This document shows positions 1 through 12,445 of a stretch of DNA of 64,000 bases, in pieces. The notes under the pieces were generated by a model. It searched no databases. It was not told where the DNA came from and worked only from the letters and a program-made list of their open reading frames with translations. Each line of letters begins with the position of its first letter. Within the stretch, counting starts at the first letter, position 1. The translations under genes were made by a program, and so were the position numbers. This stretch comes from Utricularia gibba (lineage: Eukaryota > Plantae > Magnoliophyta), in assembly GCA_002189035.1 (NCBI GenBank), contig NEEC01000023.1, positions 620,001 through 684,000 on the forward strand, written 5' to 3'.

Positions 1-645
1 CGTCGCCCGCACAAATAAGACACGACCAGAAACCTGTGCGGGGTGGGCAACAAGCATCATGTGAGGAGGTGGTCCTCCGTACAGAGACCCCTCGAAGCTT
101 GTTGCTCGCACGGACACATGGTGTGACACGCAGACGCACTGCAAATCTCCTCGCCTCCCATCTAATCTCTTCATTAATGAAATCAAATAAATGTCTCCAC
201 GCCTCTACTCCCTGTCTCCACTCATCCACACCAGCTTAAAACTTCAATCATCAAATATAAATATAATAGATTATTTGATAGTATATTATATAATATTTAT
301 ATTCAAATTTATTCATAAATTATTGTTTGATTAATTAGTATATATATTAATCTTATATGATTATATAAATTACTTATTCATTTTTTTAAGTATGTTGATG
401 ATATACACAAATAGAGTAGGAGGGGGAAAGTAAGTTTAATTCTATCTATATAATTCCCGTACTTCTATTTTTATTTTCGAATATCAAATCTAGCATATAA
501 GAGTGTTTTTTTTTCCATGGATTCTTGGAAAGTTGTTAGAGAAATACAGTGTTTTTTGTTTATCTTTAAACGAAATACGTGAGGTTGTTGATAAATCCAG
601 TGGTGTGTGAGAGTGAGAGAAACGTGACGACTGTTGCAGAAGCAA

Positions 646-1248
646 ATGGGGAAGAAAATGAAATTCCCATTTCGGTTCAGGGACTTGCCGGCGAAACCGT
701 CCGCCGGCGCAGACGCGTCGTGGAGGTGGCGAAGTTGCGTCACCAACCATCGCACCCTGTCTTTCCGATCGGTTCCGGAATCCACTGAATTCAATTTCCG
801 ATCGGAGAATCAGAATCCCGACCCGGGGGCGGGGATAATCCGTTTCAAATCCGATCGATTCTTCTTCGAGCCTGGGGAAACGAGTTCCCTCTTGAAATCA
901 TCGAAAAAAACCCCGGTTCCGATGGCGATGATGGAGGTGGAGTCAGGGAATCCGTACCTCGATTTCAGAGCGTCAATGGCAGAAATCATTGAAACCCACG
1001 AGCTGAAAGACGACTGGGAGTTTCTGGAAGAGCTTCTGGTGTGGTATCTGGAGCTGAATCGCAGTAGCAATCACGGATACATCGTCAACGCATTCATGGA
1101 TTTGGTAATGAAGGTGTCAGGACCGAGCGATTTGGATGACAATCGGTGGTGCTCCGGTTCCTCGGCGATGACGCAGTGTTGTTCCTTGAATTCGCCGGCG
1201 TCGTTTTCGTCTTCTGGGTTGTGTTCGTCATTGGAGAAAGGCGCGTAG
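646..1248 (+). CDS. OVATE family protein (transcriptional repressor OFP), single exon
   Basis: C-terminal OVATE domain S.NPYLDFRASMAEII...DWEFLEELLVWYLELN...HGYIVNAFMDL; first ATG at 646 (ORF-track start 634 is TTG). Confidence 0.9.
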   Translation: MGKKMKFPFRFRDLPAKPSAGADASWRWRSCVTNHRTLSFRSVPESTEFNFRSENQNPDPGAGIIRFKSDRFFFEPGETSSLLKSSKKTPVPMAMMEVESGNPYLDFRASMAEIIETHELKDDWEFLEELLVWYLELNRSSNHGYIVNAFMDLVMKVSGPSDLDDNRWCSGSSAMTQCCSLNSPASFSSSGLCSSLEKGA

Positions 1249-1958
1249 TCGTTAGAGGTAGTTAATTTAGTTGATTCTTCTCCTTCTTTTTCTTCTTTGT
1301 GGCTTCATTGTTTGTGCTCTGAGAAACCTTCAGGAGGATTGATCAGTGAACTCCAAGTTTGTCTCCAAGCTGGATAGCGACACTCACATGACAACTACTC
1401 CTCCCATGAAAAATCATTTTTTATATTATTTTAATTAAATAAATAAGAAAAAGCCTACATATTAAAAAACATTTAGGGTATGTATTATAATATAATTTAA
1501 TTCATATTATATTTAATTTAAAGATTGAAATATTGCTTAATTTATACGTTTTGTATATTTATATTTAAAATAATATTATATTTGATATTTCTATTAAACT
1601 TAGTTTGTTTAAATTTTGAAATGTTTAGCTCATTTTAAAATGGTTTGTCAAGCATACATTGTTATTCTTATATAACTCTATTTGAAATAATTTTTATTTT
1701 TTGAAAAATATTTTTAAAAAATATTTTTTGCGTCAGGTCTTCGTGCCTGCTCTTCTGGGCCAGAAATTAGCCTAACGCGTTATGGGCCTTTCCTAAAATA
1801 GGGCTCAGATCACTGTAGCAACGATAATTTTATTTTTTTAATATTAAATATCAAGTAATAAGTATTATTTGATCAGGTTTTTACTCTGTTGGAGTTGTGT
1901 TGTGTGTGTGTGATGAAAATACAACAGGAGTTCTGCCTGAGGAAGAGGGAAAAAAAAG

Positions 1959-4166
1959 CTACAATTTCACTTCCCTTCTGAGGCAAGATGGCAGAAGCGC
2001 TGCAGTTATCACAGATTTCAGCTTCTTCCCTTTAGCTGGTGTTCTTCCAACAGCATCCTGATGGAGCTTTTCTGCTGGACTTGGGGAGCAGACGTTCGAT
2101 AAGCTCGACCCGTTTACAGCCTGTTCCCTAATGAGAAGAAATCGCTGAGCAGCAAGATCAGATGATGAAGCAGAGATGAAAGGTCTTACATCAGAAGATG
2201 TGCTCCCATATCTGAGGCCTGAGATGAGTTCTGGTGTTCTGAGGAAACTGGATGGTGGGTTGCTTCCTCCTCCTTGGGGTTGCTTCCACGTTGCTCAATG
2301 CAATACTTGTGCCCCCGAAGCATGGAGATCGCATTGTCGAGAGTTTCCAGAGCTTGCTTAACTTCAGGACTGAGGGGAGGAGTTTCTTTCCTGTAACGGT
2401 TTTGAGAAATGCTACTGACACTTATCACTGTGTCTGGTGATGATTCATGGTTCATGGCTTGATCCTCTTCTTCCTCATCAATTTCTGTCAACTGTTTGGG
2501 ACCTCCGGACTCAGATACCTCCACCCCTTCTCCCTGAATGTTTTTGTCTTCCTCCGGTGGTTCGACATCAGTTAGATACAGAGCCTTGCGGATGCGATCA
2601 TACAAAGGGCCCTTCATGCATTTGCTATATTTTTCATTCCCTTTCCCAATGGATTCGACTTCCTGTTATGTACAGAACACAAGCAAGAGCTTCAGGACTG
2701 GGAAACAAAAGAAGGAAAGCAGCTCTGCTTTTGTTACTTGCCTTTTTGAAGAGCTTGAAGCCACTCGCTATAACCTGCCTTGAAACGAAGTTTATCAGCG
2801 ATGGAATAATCCAGTCTATTTTGGGATCCACTCTTGCTACTGTTCTGCAGAAGAATATGAATTTGAACGATACAGCAGATATGACCATGCATCTTTGCAT
2901 TCACTATGACGAAAGTTCGACTTGCCGGAAATAAGTCTGAGTTGCATTCAGTTTCAATAGAGCATAACCACCAGCCACATCAATCCGTACTGCATTTTCA
3001 GCATCCGGAATTCCGTCCCATGTAAATCCATAAGCGCTTTCATTGGCATTCTTCCGGTCAGGCAGCTGAAAACCAGATGACAGTTTGTAGAAGCTGCAAA
3101 CTGATGGGATTAAACGAAGGTGAAAAGTGGCTGTACCGAGTTGAGGACAACAACCATTAGATTGTTTTCAAAGTACTCCAATGCAAAATAATGAACCAGA
3201 GCTTCTCTAGCTGAGAGTGGCCATGGAAGGATCATCCTTTCTTCCACATACAGGTGAATTGTCACCAGACTATGAACATCAAAATGTCTAAAAAGAAAAG
3301 GTCCACTGTGCAGTACCTTACTGAAGAAACCTGTTCGCCCGTCGGAACATGCTTAATGCAGTCAGACGAGGTGACTCTGAATGGTGGAAATGAAATATCA
3401 GGCCACCTGCAAGAGGGGAAAGCTCGAACACAGATTGTAGTTCCTGAATGTGCTAGATTTTGTCGTCTGATACGTACCATGCCTTGTACAGTATGGATTC
3501 CCACGTTACACAGAGTGCTGTCATGTGATCCAGGAACAGATCAGGCAAATCCACTTGAAGATGATGAACTGGAAGAATATAGGAGTATCTTACAAGCATC
3601 AAGAGGCCCAGTAACAAAGCCTTCAACTAGAAGCTCATGGAATGGAGTGCCAACAGGTCCTTCTCTATACATCACCCTGAATTCTTCTGCATCCCTTTGT
3701 ATCTATGAGACCCCAGAAACTAACCATAAGCATAACATGAACACTAAACATATACAAGGTTATAAGGTATATATCATGGCTCACATTCCATCTCCTGTCC
3801 AACATATCACCCGATTTCGACCTCTCAAGATTCGTCGCTGAAGCACTTCTCAACATCTCAAGGAGGGTGGACACTTCTGCTGTTCTTGATTCCACCACAC
3901 CCTGCGCAGTTCCTGCAAAATTCACCCCATATTTGCAGTAGAGAGTCAACCAGGACGGGCACATGTGAAGCATATACTAATCATCTGGTTTAATCAAGGT
4001 AACAAGAAAAGGTGAGAAAATAACCTCCAAATTCATTCCCACGCGATTGCAAGATTTGATTTTTCACAAGCTTATTAACACTATCCTGATCCGTGAGATC
4101 ACTGCACCCCAGTATGTCATCAAGCTTTCTTCTATACGTAGATATGCGCCCCCTTTCTCCATCCAT
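1959..4166 (-). CDS. START/SRPBCC (lipid-binding) superfamily protein, about 10 exons
   Basis: Manual splicing gives MDGERGRISTYRRKLDDIL...EFRVMYREGPVGTPFHELLVEGF...LPWPLSAREALVHYF...YFRTVARVDPKIDWIIPSLINFVSRQ; PWPLSxRE is START-like. Needs two GC-AG introns (2845-2925, 2663-2741). Stop TAG at 1959-1961. Confidence 0.8.
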
Positions 4167-5134
4167 ACTTTGGCATACAAAGACCTGGATGTCCGGGAAC
4201 AAAAGGAAGCAGGAGGTTGGAACAATAAATCATAGAACAGATCGGAAACTAATCAACGACAACACACTAAAAATCAAATCATTCATCTATTTACATGCCG
4301 GCCCGCTTCAACTAACCAATAGGCAGTCAAAAGTGGTGTCGGAAAGAACACAGGATTAGGGAGAAAAGTATCCCCTTGAGGCTATTTCTCAGGAAGCTCC
4401 GTTGACATTCTGGGGTGGGAGAAAAAAACTAGTTTCGTGCAGACAGCAGCGCAACATGGGACACTTCCTTTCCCCTCAAGGATGGTAGTGCCCAACTACA
4501 GAGAAATTCCTTCAAAACCGAAACTGACGTGCCCTTTTTTGGTGGGGGAAGATGTTCCACCAGCTCATCTAAAGAGACGCGACAACTGACAAGAATCGGA
4601 ACAGAGGCCCTCATTACAACGACGCCATTTCGGAACATATCTTTGTTTTTTAGTATTATTTTAAAAACATCGTTTTACATTGAATACTTTTATACTAATA
4701 TATTTATAAAAAAATAAAATAACTACATAAATTTAATATATCTAAATTTCGAAATTTTTTATAAAAATTATTGAATCAAATAAAAAAATTATAAATTCGA
4801 ATTTAATCGAATATCATCATAAGTTTTAAAACATTGTTTTATATTAGAGTCTTATTAATCAGCTTTAATGATTAATTCCTCTATCGAATGTCGGTTAGTA
4901 ATTATTAATAAATTACAATAACTATCAATTGTTACAAATGAGACATGTTAATACATTTGATAATTAAACTTTTATGAGTAAACATTTTTTACATTCAATA
5001 TTTGAATACTTATAGAAATTATATTTTTTTCAAATTTGTATTTAGTATTAAATATTTTTTAATTATTTTTATCATAAAAAATAAAGGTAAACAAAAAAAG
5101 AATTTCACAATGTAATTTAACAAAATTGACATTA

Positions 5135-5208
5135 TGGGCCTGAGCATGGGCCCGTATGTATCAATTACTATTTTAAGGTAAAGCTCAATAAGAATGATGT
5201 CATGGGCC
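5135..5208 (+). promoter_or_regulatory. Site II (TGGGCC, TCP-binding) cluster upstream of the PPR gene
   Basis: TGGGCC at 5135, 5147 and 5203, within 130 bp of the ATG in AT-rich context. Confidence 0.55.
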
Positions 5209-5264
5209 TAGGTCGCTGTATTATATTTCGAAAAGAGGGTCCCCAACGATTTTCTCAGAAATGA

Positions 5265-7169
5265 ATGAAGTTCCTTTTGGTCCATCGAAGATTTCGCGCC
5301 AATTTGGAACCGATCAACTACAGTTTGTATGGAGAGCTCATTCAACGATGCATCGATCGCCGTTTGCTCCGGCAGGGGAAGCAGCTTCACGGTCGTCTTA
5401 TTCTCTCCTCCACGAGAGCCGACAACTTCCTCGCCTCGAAACTCATGGCTTTTTATTCGAAAACCAACCAGCTATCACATGCCTACCATGTGTTCGACCA
5501 AATCTCCCACAAGAATACCTTTGCCTTCAACGCTCTCCTTATCGCGTACGCCGCACATTCTCGTCACAGGGAAGTTTTGGAGCTTTTCGCGTTTTGTGTG
5601 TCTGGGACTGGAAGGGATGAGGGTTGGGATTTAGAGGATGTTCAGCCGGATAGCTATACTTTGAGCTGTGTGCTGAAGTCGATGTCGGAGGAGGGTTTAG
5701 ATGGTCCTGTTCTTTCTGGAAGGATTCATTGCTATGTAATTAAAAATGGGCTTGACTGGGATGTTTTTGTGGGGAACGGATTGGTGACTTATTATTCTCG
5801 ATGTGATGATTTAATTTCAGCTAGAGCGTTGTTTGATGAGATGCCGAATAAGGATCGGGTGACTTGGAATTCCATGCTTTCAGGGTATTCTCAGGGTGGA
5901 TGCTATGAGGAGTGCAAGGCGCTGTTTAGATCCATGTTGTGTAGTGGAGGAATAAGACCTGATGGAGTTACATTCGTGAGTGTAATGCACTCATGCGCAG
6001 AGTCTATGGATCTTTTATTTGGGATGGAAGTGCATCAGATTGTTATTGATCAACATATAGAAATGGATCTATCGCTTTGTAATTCGATTCTTGCAGTTTA
6101 CGCAAAATGTGGTAGCTTGGATTATGCTAGAAGAGTTTTTGAGGAGATGAATGAAAAGGATGAAATAACTTATGGTACTATGGTGTCTAGTTACATGGTT
6201 CATGGGTATGTCGACGAAGCAATGAAGATATTTAGGGAGATGGAGAAACCTGGGATGAGCGTTTGGAATGCTGTTATTTCTGGTCTAGTTCAGAGGAATC
6301 AGTACGACAGTGTTTTAGATTTAGCTCGTCAAATGCAAGTCTCTGGTCTCAATCCTAACTGTGTGACTCTTTCAAGTATACTTCCAGCCATTCCTCAGGT
6401 GTCAAATTTGAATATAGCAAAGGAAATACATGCCTACGCAACGAAAATCAATTCTTTTCGCAACATTTATGTGATTACGGCCATGATTGATGCATATGCT
6501 AAACTGGGGTTTCTTGATGGAGCACGAAGAGTGTTCAGTGGAGCAAAAGATAGGAGTGTGATTGTTTGGACCGCAATAATCTCAGCATACGCAACGCATG
6601 GAGACGCTAGGGTGGCACTAACCCTCTTCTATGAGATGCTATGCAGCAATACTAGACCAGATGCAGTCACATTTACTGCTGTTCTATCAGCTTGTGCACA
6701 TGCCGGGCTCGTGGATAAAGCATGGGAAATATTCCATTTGGAGTTGCCTAACTATGAAGTTCAGCCTTTGCCTAATCACTATGCTTGTGTCGTTTCATGC
6801 CTTTGCAGAGCAGGACGGCTTTCCGAAGCCATGCATTTTGTTAATAAGATGCCAACAGGACCATCTGCCCAAGTCTGGGGTGCTCTACTTATGGGAGCCT
6901 CAGAATGTGGTGATGTGGAACTCGCGAAATTTGTTTCTGGCCGAGTTTTTGAACTAGAGCCTGAGAACCCAACTAATTACATTGTAATGGCAAATCTATA
7001 CTCGAAAGCTGGTAGATGGGCTGAAGCTGAGAAAGTCAGGGATCAATTGAAGAACATAGGCTGTAAAAAAGTTGCTGGCAGAAGCCGGATAGAATCATTC
7101 AAAGGTTTACAAAATTTTGTGTCAGTTGATACCACAAGAATTTCAACTCAGATGCATTATACTTCATGA
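5265..7169 (+). CDS. Pentatricopeptide repeat protein, PLS/E class (PCMP-E; resembles At2g37310)
   Basis: Intronless 634-aa ORF with repeated PPR motifs (VTWNSMLSGY, VWNAVISG, VWTAIISAY, PDAVTFTAVLSAC), E-domain WGALL...ELEPENPTNYIVMANLYS; no DYW domain. Confidence 0.95.
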   Translation: MKFLLVHRRFRANLEPINYSLYGELIQRCIDRRLLRQGKQLHGRLILSSTRADNFLASKLMAFYSKTNQLSHAYHVFDQISHKNTFAFNALLIAYAAHSRHREVLELFAFCVSGTGRDEGWDLEDVQPDSYTLSCVLKSMSEEGLDGPVLSGRIHCYVIKNGLDWDVFVGNGLVTYYSRCDDLISARALFDEMPNKDRVTWNSMLSGYSQGGCYEECKALFRSMLCSGGIRPDGVTFVSVMHSCAESMDLLFGMEVHQIVIDQHIEMDLSLCNSILAVYAKCGSLDYARRVFEEMNEKDEITYGTMVSSYMVHGYVDEAMKIFREMEKPGMSVWNAVISGLVQRNQYDSVLDLARQMQVSGLNPNCVTLSSILPAIPQVSNLNIAKEIHAYATKINSFRNIYVITAMIDAYAKLGFLDGARRVFSGAKDRSVIVWTAIISAYATHGDARVALTLFYEMLCSNTRPDAVTFTAVLSACAHAGLVDKAWEIFHLELPNYEVQPLPNHYACVVSCLCRAGRLSEAMHFVNKMPTGPSAQVWGALLMGASECGDVELAKFVSGRVFELEPENPTNYIVMANLYSKAGRWAEAEKVRDQLKNIGCKKVAGRSRIESFKGLQNFVSVDTTRISTQMHYTS

Positions 7170-7474
7170 TGACTTTTTTGCCTCCACAAGGTATGCAACC
7201 TTTGTCCTACGTGCCAACTTTCTCAGTGGTAGCCATTTGTAGAGTTTCTTGAGCTTTTACAAATGCTAACTATCTTGGGAGATTCAACTTTTTATACATT
7301 ATTCCCTCTGCTTTTCCAGAAACAGGTTAGCGAGGACCATTTTAAGGGTAAGTCTCCTCTTCAACGGGCGGACGCCATCGCCACCACCGTCGATCAAAAA
7401 AGTTCTCAACTTGTGTTTTCTTTTAGGTCGTTGATTAAAAAAAAAACAGCATTTATTAGTGATCGAAGAGCGTA

Positions 7475-7484
7475 GCCACGTGTC
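7475..7484 (+). promoter_or_regulatory. G-box/ABRE-type element GCCACGTGTC
   Basis: Exact CACGTG core at 7477-7482, about 60 bp upstream of the AAED1 ATG; function untested. Confidence 0.45.
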
Positions 7485-7543
7485 AGCTTGCTTCCCTCAT
7501 GAAATGAAGCATCTAGCTTCCGATATGCCATTTTGCGTATGCC

Positions 7544-9244
7544 ATGACGACGGTGTTAAACACGGCGTTAACTGCCGTTCCTACCGCCGTGAGATTGGCG
7601 AAGAAAACCCATCCTCGCTCTTCGCATGATGTCCTCGGAGCATTGCCGTTGAAGAAACTCGATCGCTTTGGCCATTTTCTCCACGGAGGATCCGTTCGTA
7701 AGCCAGAAAGACTCGTACCTTGTTCTGTCGTTTCCGGTTCCCCGGGTAATCCTTCAATTTCTTTTCTGGTTAGTTGAGTCTCTATGTGGCATATTGCTTT
7801 TGTGAGTACTGAGAAAATAAACAGGTTTGGAGACATCTGAAGTGTCGCCTGATCCTTTGGACAGCATTTTGGTGTACGATTTGAACGGAGACGGAATCCC
7901 GATTTCTGATTTGTGGAAAGATAGGAAAGCTGTGGTTGCATTTGCTCGCCATTTTGGGTACTCTGGACAGCTCTTTGTCTTATATAGTATGCTTATTGCA
8001 GTCTGATGTCTATTTTTTATTCTGAGTTGTTTTGATGCTGCAGATGTGTGCTTTGTCGGAAAAGAGCTGACTATTTATTGGCGCATAAGGTGATCAGATG
8101 ATTGAAGTTGCCATGAATTAAGTTTGTTTTCCTTCGGTTCTTTGTCGCCTTAATTGAGTTCTACGCTGATTGTTCAGGAAAAAATGGACGCAGCTGGTGT
8201 CGCTCTCGTCTTGATTGGTCCTGGTAGCATTGACCAGGTATAAGTTTGATGTGTTGTGGCTTTTCTATATTCCAGTCGATGATTATGATTTCCTCAAATC
8301 AGTTTTTACACTATCGTTATGAAAAGGAATGCTCAAGGAGCTCCGTGTTATTGCTTCTTTAGCCGTAGAGATTCTGCGTCCCCTTTTACTCAATGTCTGA
8401 GCTCTGAGTGGGAGTGACTTGTTAATCATTTTTTCCATTCTGGCAGGCAAGAGCATTCTCGGAGCAAGCAAAGTTCAAAGGAGGTGATGTGTTGAGCTGC
8501 TATGATAAATGAGTTTATGGAACTGTCATACAAGTCATAGCTTATTGTTCTTGGCTGTGTCCTCTATCTTGAGAAGCATATGCTCTATCATTGCAAGTCC
8601 CATTTAAACTTCTCATGGATTTTTTTTTTTTATTGCGTGCAGAGGTATATGCAGACCCCAGCTACTCCTCTTACCAGGCATTCAAATTTGTTTCTGGTGT
8701 TTCCACAACTTTTACTCCTGGGGTACGTGTACCTTAGGTTTTCCTGTACAATAAATTAGCCAATCGAATCCGGGCACTCATCTTGATATCTCCTGATTCC
8801 CTTTTATCATTTCAGTCAGGGTTGAAAATTGTGCAAGCATATATTGAAGGATATCGACAGGACTGGGGACTCTCTTTTGAGGAAGATACAAGGACGAGAA
8901 GTGGTTGGTATGCCTCCAATATCTTCCTCTTAGTTTGAATTGCTGGTCCTCGTTAATTGAAGAATTTCATATCATATCACATGTTTTCGTCCTGCCTTCT
9001 CGGCTTTCAGATATCAATACGTGATCCTTGTTCAATCTGCAGGCAACAAGGTGGCATCATTGTAGCAGGTCCTGGTAAAAGCTTTTCCTACTTCCATAAG
9101 GTTAGTCCAGAAGAACCGAAAGTGGCATCGTATCCATATCTTCCACATCGCTCATGATTTGCATCATCTATTCAGGACAAGGAAGCAGGAGACGATCCAG
9201 ACATCGAAGGTATACTAGAAGCATGCTGTTCCCAGGGCACTTGA
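7544..9244 (+). CDS. AAED1: Thioredoxin-like protein AAED1 / peroxiredoxin-like 2 (AhpC-TSA-like), probably chloroplast-targeted, about 9 exons
   Basis: Spliced translation: transit-like N-terminus, LWKDRKAVVAFARHFG-CVLCRKRAD (CxxC), LVLIGPGSIDQA, EVYADPSYSSY, QQGGIIVAGPG, DKEAGDDPDI; stop TGA 9242-9244. Confidence 0.85.
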
Positions 9245-11940
9245 ATTCAGGTATGCCCTCATACTGCGACCTTTGAAATGCCCCATACTTGTAGCTGACA
9301 CATGCACCGTCAGCTGATCTGATACCTCAGTTGACAATCGGAAATCACATATACATCTAAATGAGTTAACCCCACGGCTGCTCTCCCACTCGAGATTAGC
9401 TCTCAAGGTTCATCGACCTCTGAAAGTGGTAACTCCGACCACCGCATCGGAGTAACTTTGTTCCCAACAGATGCAAATGTGGGGCATCAAAACATTCCCA
9501 CGACCGGGACCATTTCAAAATGGTCTTGGAACATAACCTTGTGCTCTCAGCTCCTTCCACCTGCACTCTACACCCCATACTACCCTTCCCTTGGTCTCGA
9601 GGCAATGGGCCATGGGTCTCTTGGTGACGGAACCTTCCTTTCTTGACTGAGCTATCAGGTTTTTTTGGTGTATGGGCTCAGTGTGTATTGGATCTCAAAG
9701 CCTGCTCTTTGTCAACCCTCCCAGCTGACCGCTGAGTTGCGTCGACACGTTCGACGACTTGATGGTAAGTAGGATTTTTTTCGGTTCCGTTTGATTTTAT
9801 TTTTTAAAAATTATTTCTCAAAAGTTAGACTTCTACCTGAAAAGGTTTTTTTACTTTTTTAAAAAAATATATGTATATTTAATAATAAAACTGTTTTCAT
9901 TCTATACGTGCATCTCCTCCTCCCCTTTCGTCTCCACGCCGTCGTAGCTGTGGAGGCGTCAGTTTCCCTAGACAACCAACCATACGGCGGTTATATTGCT
10001 TGAAAACAAGACCGACGGCAATGTTTTTTTTTTTTTTTTCAAAAAAAGTAGCCGATATGTTTGTTGTAGGTGTCTACGTGCACAGCATGTGGCCTAGATA
10101 CCGAAGGAGGTTGGCCGCCGGCCACCGGCCATTTGTATTTATTGAGGAGGGATACGGACAGGCCGTTGAGGCCCTGGCCCTCTCTCCCCTTCCCTTGTCA
10201 AAGTAGCCCCTGCAGCAGCCTACGAGTAAGTAACACACACCCCCACACACAGGTGTGTATAATAAATAATGGTAATATTGCGCATTAGCGAATTACCCTC
10301 AACACCCCCCGCAATGCCTTTATTATTCATGCTGCGGGTGGGGCAGCCAAGTCATTCCGCACACTCGCGTTAAAATTTAACGTCAAGCAACCAACAGCAG
10401 GATCTCATTCCAGCGATGCTACTGCCCTCCAGCTGGAATTCAGTGGGGCAAATATATTGCTGCCTGTTTTTTTTTTTTAATATTGTATTTTAAAAAATTA
10501 GGTATCAGATACACTCACCTTTTCCTTCTAACACCTTTATTGAATCCCTCTAGCTTCTATTTACCCCTCAAATTTATCTTAATTATAAAATATATAAAAT
10601 TAAAAATATATTTCAATGGGAGACACAGAGTTCTCTCACTTGACTGTTATACCACATTATTTAAGGATGGGAGGCGATATGATTATATGGAGAAGTCTTT
10701 ATAAGAAAATTGTAAATATTAGATATTTGAAATGAATAATATTGTATAAGAATAAATTCTTTTATTCTCATGTTTATGAATTCAAATGTTGCAATTTATG
10801 CATAAAAATAGGATAAAATCATATGTGGGATTTAATTACAGTTATTTAGAATTAATTACATCTTTATAATTATTGATGTCATTAACCACTCTTGTTGAAT
10901 AGACGTGGTCCAAATCCCTTGGTTTGAATAGCAATAATTAGCTTTCCGGCTACTCCATGGTCATGCCAACCAAACTTGGTTTCATGTGCTTTAAACCTTT
11001 TTCCCAATCAAACATTTCCATGAAAATTGTATTTGGTATAATTTTTCGTTTCCAAAAAAGTAGAAATTAAAAAAAAAACGTTTCGAAATTTTTTATTTTT
11101 TTAAATATACATAAATTATATTTAGTTTGTTTGTATAGTGTACCCATTTTGTAGTTTGTCTAGTTTTATTTCTAAGCATGGGGCCACTTTGTGGAATTCC
11201 GATATTTGGTGGGCTATAACAAGAAATTTTGAAAATATTTTCAGACACTGTGCTGGATTTATTATTATTTATGCAACTTTTGATCCTATAACACGTTGAC
11301 GCGTGGATCCATACTCCCCCACACGCATTCTAGATTTGGAAAGCGTAGGCAGGAATTATTCATGAGAAGAGGATAAAGTCAAATACAAATAAAGCATGTT
11401 GATGACAATTATTATCAGATAATGACGCCTACCACAACGTAGATCTGGTCTAATTGCACTTTAAACCAATTTTATATTTAATTAAAAATGTGAAATTAGA
11501 GTTAAGTACCTCCTAAATGTATCTTTCTGCATCTTCTAGGAGAATCTAATTAATAAATATACTAAGTATCATATTTTCTAAATTTAATAAGATTTATGAA
11601 GAATTGATATACTTAAATTTTAACATATGTAAATGCCATATGGGAAGACAGAAGTTATACATCACATGTTTCATTTGATATTTTTAATCTTCATTTACAT
11701 ATTTCTATGTTGTTTATGTATTTATATTCAAATATTTTTCAATATTTTTAAATATCGCAATATACAAATTTTGTTTTTTGTATGGAACCGGACGGAAAGC
11801 CAGTGTAATCGAACCCGGTCTAGAATTTGGTTTGAAGAACGCGGAATTGTGGAGTCTCTGACCGAGTCAAGAGGTGTCCGGTTTCACACCTCTCACTTGT
11901 TCTCAACGGCCCGATCACTCTCTTACACACACAGGCACGC

Positions 11941-11970
11941 ACACACACACACACACACTCTCTCTCTCTC
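11941..11970 (+). repeat. Compound microsatellite (AC)9(TC)6 near the TSS of the NT-C2 gene
   Basis: Read directly from the sequence. Confidence 0.9.
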
Positions 11971-12445
11971 GTTCGCTGGCTCGCACAAAGGGTCGCCAAA
12001 TTCCGGGAATCCTCTCTACAATTTGCTCTGTCTTGTTTTCTCCGTCATCTGCCGTGGTTCCTGTAGCGTCTGCGCCGCATCTGGTGTTTTCTCGTTGATG
12101 CTTGGAGAGTTTTTTTTTTGTTCTGTTTCTTTGTCTGGATTCTCTGTCTGGTTTTTCTAGGCCCGTTTCTGATCCCATTATAGCGTGTTTTATTGAAAAA
12201 TTGGGGGAATTAGGGGCATATTCTCTTGCATTTTGTTGTTTTTGAGTTGGCTTTTTCGGTGAAGAGATCTTTGCGAACGGGATCCGTAAAGGGTTTGGGA
12301 TTACATCATCAACAAAACCCACCTAATTCTTTCTCCCCTAATCTTTGTATATGTCCTGAATCGGGGGAGATCACGTTTCAAATATTTGTTTTACTTGTCA
12401 AATTTTGATCTTTCGAATTCTGTCTGGGTCACGGTGAATGAGTAG

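Noticed and set aside
2180-2195. TGTAAGACCTT resembling a tasiARF fragment
   Set aside because: It is simply a GTAAG intron donor of the START gene; no miR390 sites or tandem tasiARF.
9242-9450. AAED1 TGA stop plus a downstream hairpin (ACTCCGA/TCGGAGT near 9434-9456) as a selenocysteine/SECIS signal
   Set aside because: The TGA is at the normal C-terminus, the active site is CxxC, the hairpin lacks SECIS features and land plants lack Sec machinery.
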